From assembly GCA_043811375.1 (NCBI GenBank), contig JBDRNJ010000072.1, forward strand, positions 128,001 to 192,000: DNA of 64,000 bases, given 5' to 3'. The translations under genes and the position numbers were made by a program. Source of the DNA: a bacterium (GTDB lineage Bacteria > Zixibacteria > MSB-5A5 > GN15 > FEB-12). The notes below the pieces were generated by a model. That model saw only the letters and a program-made list of their open reading frames with translations, had not been told where the DNA came from and did not search any database. Shown one piece after another: positions 30,145-40,447 of this stretch (position 1 is the stretch's first letter; each line of letters starts with the position of its first letter).

Positions 30145-30657
30145 CTATTGATCGGCGACCTTGACAAACTCCACATCGAAGTTCAGGGTGGCATTGGGCG
30201 GAATGACGTTGCCGGCGCCACGGGCGCCGTAGCCGAGTTCCGGGGGAATGATGAGTTCCCGTTTGCCGCCTTCTTTCATACCGACAATACCTTCGTCCCA
30301 GCCATTTATAACTCGTCCGGCCCCCAGATCAAAAACAAAGGTCTGGTTGCGATCGCGGGAACTGTCGAATTTCTGGCCGCGCTTGCCGTCGACCCACAGC
30401 CAGCCGGTATAGTGCATTTCCACTTTTATGCCGCTGACCGCTTCCTCGCCGTCGCCAACAACATGGTCGATATACTTCAATCCGGTTTCAGTCGTCACCC
30501 ATTCTCCGGAGGTGGTTGTCTCTTGTTGCGGTTCGCTCTGAGCAGTCATGTCCTGGGGCTCTTCCTTTTTAGTGTCTTGCTCCTGGGTCTCGTTGCAGGC
30601 AGCAACAATAAATGCTACCAGAGCAATCATGCCCAGAATCAGTGTCAGTTTTCTCAT
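30145..30657 (-). CDS. FKBP-type peptidyl-prolyl isomerase, lipoprotein
   Basis: IVAAC lipobox; HYTGWL, FDSS, VINGWDEG, IPPELGYG, IPPNATL.F.VE. Confidence 0.95.
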   Translation of the reverse strand: MRKLTLILGMIALVAFIVAACNETQEQDTKKEEPQDMTAQSEPQQETTTSGEWVTTETGLKYIDHVVGDGEEAVSGIKVEMHYTGWLWVDGKRGQKFDSSRDRNQTFVFDLGAGRVINGWDEGIVGMKEGGKRELIIPPELGYGARGAGNVIPPNATLNFDVEFVKVADQ

Positions 30658-30682
30658 CGGTGTCGGTTCTCCTTTGTGGGGG

Positions 30683-31957
30683 TTAAACAACTATGGTTTC
30701 TGTGCGTTTGGCCCCGGTGGACACCAGGGCGATTTTCACTTTCAGATCGTCGGCAATAAAACTCAGGTACTTGCGGGCGTTGGCCGGAAGTTGGTCAAAA
30801 GAAGTAATGCCGGTGGTTTCGGTTTGCCACCCGGGGAATGTCCGGTAGACCGGTTTGACCTCATCGAGCCGGGACAGGTCCAGCGGCACCTGGTCGATCG
30901 TCTGTCCGTCCAACTGGTAGGCAATACAGACTTTGATCTCATCCAGATCGTCCAGCACGTCGAGTTTGGTAACGGCGATGGCATCGACCCCGTTGACACC
31001 GATCGAGTGGCGCAGGATAACCAGATCCAGCCAGCCGCAACGTCGCGGCCGCCCGGTGCTGGCGCCGAATTCCCGGCCGATGTTGCGGAGCTGCTCGCCG
31101 GTTTTATCTATAAGCTCAGTAGGAAACGGACCCGCTCCGACGCGCGTCGTGTAGGCCTTGACGATACCGATGACTTCATCGATCAACCGCGGTCCGACAC
31201 CCAGTCCGGTCAGTGCCCCGCCGACGGTGGTATTGGACGAGGTCCCGAACGGGTAAGTGCCCATATCAACATCGAGCAGGCACCCCTGGGCTCCCTCGAA
31301 CAGGATTGTTTTTCCGGCCGCTGCCGCCCGGCGCAGAGCCAGCGAGACATCCACTACCAGGGGAGCCAGCATATCAACCAGCCCCATCAAGTCATCATAG
31401 GTACAATCCAGATCAGCCCGCTTGTCGTCGGATCCCTCAAGATACGTCGCTTTGATTATTCTCTGGTAATCCAGCTTTTTTCTGAGCCTCTCCGGAGCCA
31501 GCAGATCGATAACGCGAATGCCGTGTCGGGCCACTTTGTCAACGTAAGCGGGGCCGATACCGCGCTTGGTAGTGCCGAGATTGGCGGCGCCCCGACTTCT
31601 CTCCTGCACATCTTCTATCAGCTTGTGATAGGGCAAGACCAGGTTGGTCGCCGGCGACACAAACAACCGTCCCTGCCAGTAGATCCCTTTGCCGGTCAGT
31701 AAATCCAGTTCTTCTTTCAGTGCGAAAGGATCCATCACTACCCCGTTGCCTATGTAACATTCCTTGCCGGGATGAATGATACCTGATGGAATCAGGTGCA
31801 GGATGTACTGCCGGTCACCTATTACTATCGTATGACCGGCGTTGGCACCGCCCTGGAAGCGGGCAACGATATCGGCCTCGGCCGCCAGCAAATCGACGAT
31901 CTTGCCCTTGCCTTCATCGCCCCATTGGCAGCCTACGACTATCTTGTTTTTTGCCAT
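30683..31957 (-). CDS. purA: Adenylosuccinate synthetase
   Basis: QWGDEGKGK, GGANAGHT, GIGPAY, EGAQG, TGRPRRCGW, TKLDVL. Confidence 0.98.
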   Translation of the reverse strand: MAKNKIVVGCQWGDEGKGKIVDLLAAEADIVARFQGGANAGHTIVIGDRQYILHLIPSGIIHPGKECYIGNGVVMDPFALKEELDLLTGKGIYWQGRLFVSPATNLVLPYHKLIEDVQERSRGAANLGTTKRGIGPAYVDKVARHGIRVIDLLAPERLRKKLDYQRIIKATYLEGSDDKRADLDCTYDDLMGLVDMLAPLVVDVSLALRRAAAAGKTILFEGAQGCLLDVDMGTYPFGTSSNTTVGGALTGLGVGPRLIDEVIGIVKAYTTRVGAGPFPTELIDKTGEQLRNIGREFGASTGRPRRCGWLDLVILRHSIGVNGVDAIAVTKLDVLDDLDEIKVCIAYQLDGQTIDQVPLDLSRLDEVKPVYRTFPGWQTETTGITSFDQLPANARKYLSFIADDLKVKIALVSTGAKRTETIVV

Positions 31958-31962
31958 CTGTT

Positions 31963-32577
31963 TCACACCCCTGTTGGCTCGTCGTGTTGAGAAATCAGTG
32001 TCAGAATCGATCCCAGCAACTCTTTCTTGCCGACACCTGTTGTTGCCGAAAAAGCGATTGCGGTCACACCCAGCCGGGATTGAACCTCACGTACCTTCCG
32101 ACCGACTTTGTCACGATTGAGCTTGTCGGTTTTGGTTACAACTGCCAGCGTCGGCAGAGACCGCTCGGCCAGCCAGGCAACCAGTTGCATATCTTCGTCC
32201 GTCAGGTCCCGTCGGCAATCCAGCAACAGGACCAGCCCCGCCAGTCGTTCATTGTCCGTCAGGTAATCCTCGATCAGTTGTTTCAGATGCTTTTTGACTT
32301 CACGAGGAGCCTTAGCATAACCATAACCGGGTAAATCGACCAGGTAGAAACGGTCGTTGATCAGAAAGAAATTCAGCGATCGAGTCTTCCCCGGTGTGGA
32401 CGACACCCGGGCAACTTTGGGACCGCCGATAATGCTGTTGAGCAACGTCGATTTACCCACGTTGGAGCGACCGGCCACGGCAATCTGCGCCCGGGGGTCA
32501 TGGGGTAGTTGGCGGCAGTCAAAAAACGACCCGACCAGGCGGCAGGAACTTATCTTTGAAAATTGTGTTCGACCCAT
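31963..32577 (-). CDS. engB: Ribosome biogenesis GTPase EngB/YihA/YsxC
   Basis: GRSNVGKS, S.TPGKT, DLPGYGY, TKTDK; adjacent to lon. Confidence 0.95.
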   Translation of the reverse strand: MGRTQFSKISSCRLVGSFFDCRQLPHDPRAQIAVAGRSNVGKSTLLNSIIGGPKVARVSSTPGKTRSLNFFLINDRFYLVDLPGYGYAKAPREVKKHLKQLIEDYLTDNERLAGLVLLLDCRRDLTDEDMQLVAWLAERSLPTLAVVTKTDKLNRDKVGRKVREVQSRLGVTAIAFSATTGVGKKELLGSILTLISQHDEPTGV

Positions 32578-32618
32578 CGGATATAATTTCCTCGATAGCG
32601 TGGCGGTGGTACTGATCA

Positions 32619-35024
32619 TCAACTGATCCTGGATCGAAGCGCCCGGTCAGTTGAAACCCGGTTTCTGACGAAAGGAGCTTGTGTCATCGCCAGTTTGAGT
32701 ACTTCACTCGTGGTACGCACAAAGTGCAGTTTCAGTCCTTCCAGCAGAACCGGCTGGAGATCATCGATATCCTTGCGGTTTTTATCGGGAAGGATGATCT
32801 GTGTTATTCCCAGCCGTTTGGCCGCCAGCAATTTTTCATTGAGGCCACCCACCGCCAGAACATCACCCACCAGAGTTATCTCTCCCGTCATGGCGATATC
32901 GGTTCGCACCGGAATCCCGGTCAGAGTTGAGAGCATGGCGGTAACCAGCGTAATCCCGGCCGACGGCCCGTCTTTGGGAACCGCACCTTCGGGTATGTGA
33001 ACATGAATATCAAGCTTATCGTAGAAGCCTTCATCGAGACCGAAACTACGAGCGTGGTTACGGATATATGAGAGCGCCGCCGTGGCTGATTCCCGCATAA
33101 TGTCTCCCAGCGAACCGGTCAGCGTCAGCTTGGCTTTGCCCTTCATGGGGATCACTTCCACCGGTAATGCCTCGCCGCCCACTTCAGTCCAGGCCAGGCC
33201 CACCGCGTAGCCGACCGTCGGTTGCTGCTTGATATTGGTGCCGATATACTTGGGAGCACCGAGCAACTTGTGCACTTTGGCCTTATTGAAGGTAACGCTG
33301 CGCGTACGCTTACCCTGGGCCAATTGTACAGCCGTCTTGCGCAGCATACTGCTGATCTGTCGCTCCAGTTCTCGCACTCCCGATTCCCTGGTGTAGTGGC
33401 GAATTATTTCGTACAGGGCATCCTCCCTGAAAGTCAACCGCATCGATTGCAAACCGGTATCCTTGATCAGTTTGGGGATCAGGTAATCACGCGCGATAGC
33501 GACTTTCTCAAAGTCCAGGTAACCCGGCAGATGAATCATCTCCATGCGATCGCGCAGAGCAGCCGGTACCGGTCCGACCGTGTTGGCCGTTGTGATAAAC
33601 AGTATGTTTGACAGATCGTATTCAACTTCGAGATAATTATCCGTGAAGGTGTTGTTCTGCTCCGGGTCAAGCACTTCCAACAGAGCTGCCGCCGGATCAC
33701 CGCGAAAGTCCTTGCCGATCTTGTCCACCTCGTCCAGCAGCATCACCGGGTTGGTAGAACCCGCTCTCTTTATCATCTGGAGAATTCGGCCCGGCAGAGC
33801 CCCGACATAGGTGCGGCGATGTCCGCGAATTTCCGCTTCATCATGGACACCGCCCAGAGACATTCTGACAAACCGGCGATCCATAGCACGGGCAATGGAC
33901 CGGCCGACTGAAGTCTTGCCGACGCCGGGAGGACCAACCAGGCAAAGAATCGGACCTTTCACTTTGCCGGCAAGTTTGATTACCGCCAGGTGCTCCATTA
34001 TCCGGCGTTTGGGTTTCTCCAGGCCATAATGATCACTGTCTAAAATTTGGTTTACTTCCTTGAAATTGACCCGGTCCCGGGTCGTCTCGCACCAGGGCAA
34101 ACCCAGCAGCCACTCGAGATAGCTGCGGACAACCCCTGACTCTGCCGAGTAAGGATGCATCCTGGCCAGTTTCTTGATTTCCTCTTCGGCCCGGGTGCGT
34201 ACTGCCGGTGGGTAATCCTGGCTGGAGAGTTTAGCCCGCAGATCATCGACCTCGGCGGATGATTCCTCAGACTGGCCCAACTCGTCCTTGATGGCCTTGA
34301 GTTGCTGCTGCAGATAGAACTCGCGCTGACTGCGCGACATTGATTCCCGAACGTTGCTGTCAATCGACTGTTCCAGCTTGAGAATTTCAATTTCCTCGCG
34401 GAGAATCTCCGTCAGTAACACCAACTGGCTCTTCATCGAAAAAGCTTCCAGCAGTTTCTGTTTGGCTTCGGTGTTATACAGCAGATGGGCCGCTATGGTA
34501 TCGATCTGATGGTGGCGCTCGTCAATTGAACCCAGCGATATGGCCACTTCATCGGGAATCCGGCGATTGAGACGAACATACTCTGAAAAACGTTCATTTA
34601 CCGAACGGAACAGGGCTTCGGCTTCACGATCACCTTCACCGCTATCAGGAGCGATAAGCCGGACATCGGCAACCCCGCACCGGCTGGTCTTGCGAAAGGC
34701 TTCGACATGGGCGCGGACCAGTCCTTCAACGAGCACTTTCAGAGTCCCGTTGGGCATCTTGGTGACCTGCAGTACGCGGGCCATAACGCCCACGTCATAG
34801 AGGTCCTCCGGGTCGGGCTGATCGATAGCCGCCCGACGCTGGGCGATCAGCAGAACGCGCTTATCCTTGCCCATGGCCTGGCGCAGGGCCTTGACGGTAA
34901 ACTCTCTGCCGATCAGCAGCGGGTACATCATATGGGGGAAGACAACCACATCCCGCAACGGAATTACCGGCAACGAAGTTCTCACTTCGGTTGCCTGTTC
35001 GTCTTTGGTTTTCACTTTTTTCAT
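32619..35024 (-). CDS. lon: ATP-dependent protease La
   Basis: [37 protein letters not shown] (catalytic Ser), EKLLAA. Confidence 0.98.
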   Translation of the reverse strand: MKKVKTKDEQATEVRTSLPVIPLRDVVVFPHMMYPLLIGREFTVKALRQAMGKDKRVLLIAQRRAAIDQPDPEDLYDVGVMARVLQVTKMPNGTLKVLVEGLVRAHVEAFRKTSRCGVADVRLIAPDSGEGDREAEALFRSVNERFSEYVRLNRRIPDEVAISLGSIDERHHQIDTIAAHLLYNTEAKQKLLEAFSMKSQLVLLTEILREEIEILKLEQSIDSNVRESMSRSQREFYLQQQLKAIKDELGQSEESSAEVDDLRAKLSSQDYPPAVRTRAEEEIKKLARMHPYSAESGVVRSYLEWLLGLPWCETTRDRVNFKEVNQILDSDHYGLEKPKRRIMEHLAVIKLAGKVKGPILCLVGPPGVGKTSVGRSIARAMDRRFVRMSLGGVHDEAEIRGHRRTYVGALPGRILQMIKRAGSTNPVMLLDEVDKIGKDFRGDPAAALLEVLDPEQNNTFTDNYLEVEYDLSNILFITTANTVGPVPAALRDRMEMIHLPGYLDFEKVAIARDYLIPKLIKDTGLQSMRLTFREDALYEIIRHYTRESGVRELERQISSMLRKTAVQLAQGKRTRSVTFNKAKVHKLLGAPKYIGTNIKQQPTVGYAVGLAWTEVGGEALPVEVIPMKGKAKLTLTGSLGDIMRESATAALSYIRNHARSFGLDEGFYDKLDIHVHIPEGAVPKDGPSAGITLVTAMLSTLTGIPVRTDIAMTGEITLVGDVLAVGGLNEKLLAAKRLGITQIILPDKNRKDIDDLQPVLLEGLKLHFVRTTSEVLKLAMTQAPFVRNRVSTDRALRSRIS

Positions 35025-35177
35025 AGCACATCCTGAGCGTGAGTGTAACCGGTCCACATCGCGCAAACGGCCCAAGATAGGCAATATTCGTTCATCGGCA
35101 AACACCTTTTTTGAGAGTTCACGCGGGCTCCGGCGGCTGGTTTCCAGCCGACGACAGCGGACCGAAATGATAACCGA

Positions 35178-36326
35178 TTACTTCAGTTCAGCGTACACTT
35201 TCTCGGCATACCGATCAGTCATACCGGCAATATAGTCGGCGATAACGATTTGTGGCTTTTCGTCGGCGAGCATATTCCGGAAGCGTGGCGGCATCAGAGA
35301 AATATCCTTCCGGATTCTTTCAAATAAGGTCTCTATTATGACTCGCGCTCGTTTCGATGGCTCCTGAAGTCGCAGATGCTCGTAAAGTCGGTGTCGTAAC
35401 AGACTCTTGATGGAGTCAACAAACGGTTGTACGGTCGGTGAGTAGCGGCAGATTCTCTCGGCACAGTTTCGTACTGCCGGCAAATCCTTTATCTGTAACT
35501 GTTCCAATCGATTGCGGGCATGAGTGATTACGTCGGTGGCCATTCTGTCGACCAATCTACGCACTAATTCGTGGTGGCGGTGCTCATCGGTGAGCCTAAG
35601 GAAACCCTGATCGTCTTGAAATCCGAAACCCTGCCAGAAAACGGCTTCCTTCAGATCATCGAGAGCCAGCAGTCCCGAGGTCAGTCCGTCATCGATATCG
35701 TGTGAATTGTAGGCGATTTCATCGGCCACATCGACCAGGGCTGCCTCCAGGGTCGGCTGCCGGAAGATATTGAATTCTTCGACACTAATCCTGACCGAGG
35801 TTTCGTGTTTGGCGATCCCTTCACGAACCTCAAACGACAGATTCAAACCGGGATGCTGCGCGTACCTCTGTTCCAGCTTGTCGACCACCCGCAAAGACTG
35901 GCGATTGTGATTAAACCCGCCCAGATCCTCAAGCAGTTCATCAAGCACTTCTTCCCCGGCATGACCGAACGGCGTGTGTCCCAGGTCGTGAGCTAGGGCC
36001 ACCGCTTCGGCCAGGTCCTCGTTGAGGCGAAGGTTCCGCGCAAGCGTACGGCTTATCTGAGCTACCTCGATAGTGTGCGTCAGACGAGTGCGATAGTGAT
36101 CTCTCTCGTGTGGTATGAATACCTGGGTTTTGTACTCCAGGCGTCTGAAAGCGGTGGAGTGGACTATACGATCGCGGTCACGCTGGAAGGCGGTGCGCAA
36201 CGGATGATCCGGCTGCGGGTAAACTCTTCCCCGAGATTGAGTCGACAGCGCCGCATACGGCGCCAGGAACTGACGTTCATTTTGTTCTATCTCATCTCGT
36301 GACAGGATTATTCGGCGGATATTCAT
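35178..36326 (-). CDS. dgt: Deoxyguanosinetriphosphate triphosphohydrolase-like HD protein
   Basis: FQRDRDRI, RRLEYKTQVF, RTRLTH, AHDLGHTPFGH, DYIAGMTD. Confidence 0.95.
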   Translation of the reverse strand: MNIRRIILSRDEIEQNERQFLAPYAALSTQSRGRVYPQPDHPLRTAFQRDRDRIVHSTAFRRLEYKTQVFIPHERDHYRTRLTHTIEVAQISRTLARNLRLNEDLAEAVALAHDLGHTPFGHAGEEVLDELLEDLGGFNHNRQSLRVVDKLEQRYAQHPGLNLSFEVREGIAKHETSVRISVEEFNIFRQPTLEAALVDVADEIAYNSHDIDDGLTSGLLALDDLKEAVFWQGFGFQDDQGFLRLTDEHRHHELVRRLVDRMATDVITHARNRLEQLQIKDLPAVRNCAERICRYSPTVQPFVDSIKSLLRHRLYEHLRLQEPSKRARVIIETLFERIRKDISLMPPRFRNMLADEKPQIVIADYIAGMTDRYAEKVYAELK

Positions 36327-37168
36327 GGCTTGTCGGTCCTCTCCGATGATGGTCCAAACCGGTAGGACAGACCGGCGCTGTGTGACAGTCCGAGAGCGGG
36401 ATGGTAACTGGTCGCGAAGGTCAGACCTCCGTGGTCAACAGTCACTTCGAAACCGCCTCCATATTGCAGAGGCGCCGTGGACACCCCCCAGAAAACCGCA
36501 CCCTGACGGGTGAGAGTCAATTTTTGTCCCAGGCCAAACTGGGGCCGTTCGGTTTCTTCCACAGTGAAGCGGCCCAGTATAGAAAAAGACCCCTGTCCCA
36601 ACGTTTCCAGATAGAACGAGCATCTTTTGGTGGTCACCGGACCCTGAGGGCTCAGACGAGGGGAAGTGAGATTATCGGACGAGACAGCAACCTTGATCCG
36701 GGAAGTGCGATACCCGGCACAAACACCGACGGTAGCGGCGCTGAGGGGATCATAACCACCGCCAAATGATATCAACCGGGCCGACAGGGCGGCACCAACG
36801 GTCAGGGAATCTATTCTAAAGGCAGTACCCAATCGAATTGTCTTTTCGGCATACAGGTCACTGAACCCCAGTTGGGTCAACCCCAGAGTCAGCGTGGTCT
36901 GTCCCCAGCGATGGGCAACGGCGAACACCACCTGGTCGAGTTCCTTCAGGTTGAACCGGCGCAGTGCGCCCAACTCAATTTTCGTCTCACCGGTTTCAAT
37001 GCCACCGACCGGCACCGCTACCAGCGCTGTCGCCGACGATTTTGACAACACCACACCACCGCCTACGCCCGGTCCGTGACCGGTCTCAAACTCGAAAGCG
37101 GACAAGTCCCCACCACCAGTGATGGCCAGCAGGATGATACCGGCGATAATTGTACGATGCTTCGTCAC
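36323..37168 (-). CDS. Putative outer-membrane beta-barrel (PorP/SprF- or PorV/PorQ-like)
   Basis: Signal peptide, alternating amphipathic beta strands, C-terminal HPALGLSH.AGLSYRF; 4-nt overlaps with both neighbours. Confidence 0.55.
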   Translation of the reverse strand: MTKHRTIIAGIILLAITGGGDLSAFEFETGHGPGVGGGVVLSKSSATALVAVPVGGIETGETKIELGALRRFNLKELDQVVFAVAHRWGQTTLTLGLTQLGFSDLYAEKTIRLGTAFRIDSLTVGAALSARLISFGGGYDPLSAATVGVCAGYRTSRIKVAVSSDNLTSPRLSPQGPVTTKRCSFYLETLGQGSFSILGRFTVEETERPQFGLGQKLTLTRQGAVFWGVSTAPLQYGGGFEVTVDHGGLTFATSYHPALGLSHSAGLSYRFGPSSERTDKP

Positions 37169-38826
37169 CGCGCTATCACCAGCGGTTTCTTGACAGCCCC
37201 CCAGCCGCTGGCCTCGACGTACAAGATGTAGATACCGACCGGCAGGCGACGGTTTCCGTCGGAGCGGCCATTCCAGGTATAGCTGTCTTTTAACAGTCTT
37301 TCCTCTTCGACCAGGGTGCGCACGACTCTCCCCTGCCGATCATAGATGCGTATCGATAAGTCCGTTTCGGTCGGAGCCGAGGTGACCACAATCGTAACCT
37401 CATCCTGCACTCCGTCGCCGTCCGGGGAAAAGACCGCCGGCTCTACCGTAACTGCCAGATCGGAGACCTCCGGTTGCAGCAGGACCGCGTTGAGCCTACC
37501 CGGTGAGCCGCCGACCTGTTCTGATCTGCCCCACTCGCTCTCCCGCTCACCGGCGTTGCTGCGGCTCCAGGTGTAGTTGCTGCCGTAGGTGTCGGCATAA
37601 GCAAAACTGTCGGCCGTAAATCCAAAGCTGTCGACCAATCTCACCAGGTCGTCATTATCGTTAAAAGGCGGCCACTGCAACGGCTGCAGGCAGCGTCCGT
37701 CGAATTGGGAGTAGAAATCATGAAAAGCCACACTATCCTGCACCAGGATGAAGTATTCACCCGGTTCTATCAAGACCGCCATATCCGCAACAACCCGCAA
37801 CACCCGGGAATCACCGAGCAGGTATCCGGCCAGGTTAACGATGTCCGTAGAACTATTCTTAATCTCAACCCACTCCGTCCGTAGCGGCAATTCATGGTCG
37901 GCCAGGATTTCCGACAGGATGATGGATGGAAAGTCTACACCCGGTGCGACAAAATCTGAATGGTTGTTGCGCTCGCGATCATCGTTCGATAAAGAAGCAG
38001 ACAGCCTGGCATAGACACCGTCAAGGTAATACTGTCGGGCAGTCGTGAAGGTATCGCCCGGCAGTAGTTCACCGGTGTCAATGCTATCAATAATCTGATA
38101 CAGTGTAGCCGAATCGCTGACCGTGTCGGTGCTGATAATGAGTTGTGAGTTTGGTGTTGTCTCCAGACCGCGATTTGTCACGGTGAAGGTTATGTCAGCA
38201 GCTCCGTTTTGCGGCCTGACGGATATGTCCTCCAGCGCCAGATCAAACGGCACCGGTGTCCACGAATTGACCATACCGGGCGTGGAACCATCGGAGTCTA
38301 TCGATTGTTCAACCTCCGCCGATGCCGGTGACAACCGTTCCCACGAGACTCCATCGGCGCTTTCAATGGTCCATGACAATTGCGAGATGCTCATTCCGCT
38401 GCCGTCTAACAGTTTGACAGTTCCATTTGTGTTGGTCAGTATCAGACCGGTTTCGAAAGGAGTCGGTAGCAGGCTCTCCTGCGGCGTGTCCCCCCAGACG
38501 CCGGAGCTGTCGCCCCAGTAGTCTTCGAAACCGCGTGATGAACCGTCAGTGTAGAGACGGCGGCAAATGATCAGGTAGCCACCAGCCGAAATATCGAGAC
38601 TGTCGGACAATGCAACCGGGGAACCGTTGACGGTAAGCTGATAGCCATCAAGCGCAACGGCGGCGGTCGAGTCATTGTAGAGTTCAATCCACTCCAGAGT
38701 GACGTAACCCAGGGGTTCATTGGCCAGAACTTCGTTAATGATGACTCCCGCTCTGACATCACCCCACAAGACCAACCCCCAGACAGACAAACCGACAATT
38801 GCCGGCATGAAGCGAGCCACTCTCAT
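37165..38826 (-). CDS. Secreted protein: two lamin-tail domains, CARDB-like Ig, C-terminal FlgD/T9SS type-B-like domain
   Basis: VIINEVLAN...EWIELYN and IILSEILAD...EWVEIKN; STPG..N / SPG..N; VFSPDGDGVQD...IYDRQGRVVRTL...WNG...GIYI. Confidence 0.8.
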   Translation of the reverse strand: MRVARFMPAIVGLSVWGLVLWGDVRAGVIINEVLANEPLGYVTLEWIELYNDSTAAVALDGYQLTVNGSPVALSDSLDISAGGYLIICRRLYTDGSSRGFEDYWGDSSGVWGDTPQESLLPTPFETGLILTNTNGTVKLLDGSGMSISQLSWTIESADGVSWERLSPASAEVEQSIDSDGSTPGMVNSWTPVPFDLALEDISVRPQNGAADITFTVTNRGLETTPNSQLIISTDTVSDSATLYQIIDSIDTGELLPGDTFTTARQYYLDGVYARLSASLSNDDRERNNHSDFVAPGVDFPSIILSEILADHELPLRTEWVEIKNSSTDIVNLAGYLLGDSRVLRVVADMAVLIEPGEYFILVQDSVAFHDFYSQFDGRCLQPLQWPPFNDNDDLVRLVDSFGFTADSFAYADTYGSNYTWSRSNAGERESEWGRSEQVGGSPGRLNAVLLQPEVSDLAVTVEPAVFSPDGDGVQDEVTIVVTSAPTETDLSIRIYDRQGRVVRTLVEEERLLKDSYTWNGRSDGNRRLPVGIYILYVEASGWGAVKKPLVIAR

Positions 38827-40445
38827 ACCGTCACCTTTAGTTGGAACCGGATGAGAGTCCTCGGGGCACTGCTTGAACGCTGATAACTATGGCTCAACTT
38901 GGTCACTGCCGTCACACCCTGAAACAGTTGCTGCTCACCGGAGAGATACCAGTACCAGTAGTTTATTGATGCCTCCTTCAGATCGAATCGGGCCAGATTG
39001 GACCAGGCTTCAAATGATCCCAGGCGGCGGGATCGGTAGCGGACATTAACAAAAACTGAAAGATGGTCCGCTTTGTCACTGCCCGTGTTGTAAGCAATAT
39101 AGCTTCTGGCGGTCAGATTGCCAGCGTTGATTCGGCTCTCCATTCGCAGCCGCCGGTCTGTTTGCACCTGTCCCCGTTTCCTGGTCCGATTGAGAAAGTC
39201 AAAGCGCAGTTCTCTGCCGGGGGAAGTTTGCCACACCAGTGCCGCTAAATACCGGACATTCAGCGAATCGCTGTTGAGGCCGGCATACAGGACGGAGTTG
39301 ACCACTTCCAGATCGTCAGCAGCCCGCACAATGCTTCTGATCATCGCACCTGCCTGTCCGGAACGCCTGGTCGAATAAGTAAAGTCGACCCTGTCCAGCG
39401 ATGTTGTGTGAAGGACACGACCGGACTTGCCTCCGGCGGCAAGATCAAGGTAAGTGTCGGCGTAGACCCAGCCGGCATATCTGACCTCGGCCGCCTGGAG
39501 ACGATGCCGACCTTCGACCACCAGCCCGGCCCAGGCCGGCCTTGCCCCGGTTTGCCCGCATGATTCCAGACGCAGGTACCCGCTCCGGTAGCGGTAGTCG
39601 GACGAGAGGGCATACTTGACGTCATCAAGAACAACTCCGGTGGTACGGTTCTTGAGCCGGGTGGCACCCAGTATGACACCGGGTCGGAATGATCCGGACG
39701 CGGCAGATATCATACCCCCGTACGAGACGATGCTGTGGTCGTTATCGCGGTTGACGGAGGCGAGTGTCTGCATGGATGTGCCGCGCCAGCGGGTTTTAGC
39801 ATAGAAACCGTTAAAACCGCCGTAGTCGGGAAACAGGACCGACTCTATCTCCAGCCGATCAGAAGACTCCAGCAACTTACCCCGATATCCCAGCACTGTT
39901 CCGGCGCCCAGACGACGCGAGAAGCTTCCCAGGGTCAGTTCCCGCAGTACCGTCTGCCGGTTGCGGTAGGTGAGTCCTCGGCTGACGATTCGTTCGGTCC
40001 CGGAAAATCCCCGGTGGATCATCAATGCCGCGTGGAGATTTCCGCCCAGGTAGAAACGGCCGGAAGTGCGGTATTCACCACGCCCGGATTCACTAATTTC
40101 CTGTACGTAGCGATAGCGGAGAACCGTGTGGGGTCGGGTCGTCGGGAGTGTGTCGCAAGAAAATACCGCCCTCTGTTCTTTTTCCAGCGACGTCCTCAAA
40201 GCCAGTTCAGACCTGAGAAAAGCCGACAGGTTGGGTATTTCATCAAACAGATCGCCAGCGGCGGAATCGAGACCGTGGACAATGATCTCGCGTAGCGTCA
40301 GGTACTGCTGATAATCGATTTCCCCCAACTGCCAGGCTTGATACAACTCATCTTCGGATGAAAAGACTTCTGTCGCCGGTTCCAGTCCGTCCGCCACCGA
40401 CACCATAAGCAGCAAGGTCGGAATGACCATCACCAGTGATCGCAC
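38823..40445 (-). CDS. Putative outer-membrane protein with degenerate N-terminal helix-hairpin-helix-like region
   Basis: Signal peptide; EDEL....GEI....Y...R...G....L..IPNL; GSFSRRLGAGTVLG; Arg/Tyr-rich beta strands. Confidence 0.5.
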   Translation of the reverse strand: MRSLVMVIPTLLLMVSVADGLEPATEVFSSEDELYQAWQLGEIDYQQYLTLREIIVHGLDSAAGDLFDEIPNLSAFLRSELALRTSLEKEQRAVFSCDTLPTTRPHTVLRYRYVQEISESGRGEYRTSGRFYLGGNLHAALMIHRGFSGTERIVSRGLTYRNRQTVLRELTLGSFSRRLGAGTVLGYRGKLLESSDRLEIESVLFPDYGGFNGFYAKTRWRGTSMQTLASVNRDNDHSIVSYGGMISAASGSFRPGVILGATRLKNRTTGVVLDDVKYALSSDYRYRSGYLRLESCGQTGARPAWAGLVVEGRHRLQAAEVRYAGWVYADTYLDLAAGGKSGRVLHTTSLDRVDFTYSTRRSGQAGAMIRSIVRAADDLEVVNSVLYAGLNSDSLNVRYLAALVWQTSPGRELRFDFLNRTRKRGQVQTDRRLRMESRINAGNLTARSYIAYNTGSDKADHLSVFVNVRYRSRRLGSFEAWSNLARFDLKEASINYWYWYLSGEQQLFQGVTAVTKLSHSYQRSSSAPRTLIRFQLKVTV

Positions 40446-40447
40446 GG

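Noticed and set aside
30548..31702. 384-aa plus-strand ORF and similar long antisense ORFs over gyrA, mfd, tolB and glmL
   Set aside because: They overlap well-supported genes on the opposite strand, as is typical of high-GC shadow frames.
35178..36326. dGTPase as an anti-phage defence gene
   Set aside because: Short housekeeping-type Dgt embedded in a core operon with lon, engB and purA, not in a defence island.
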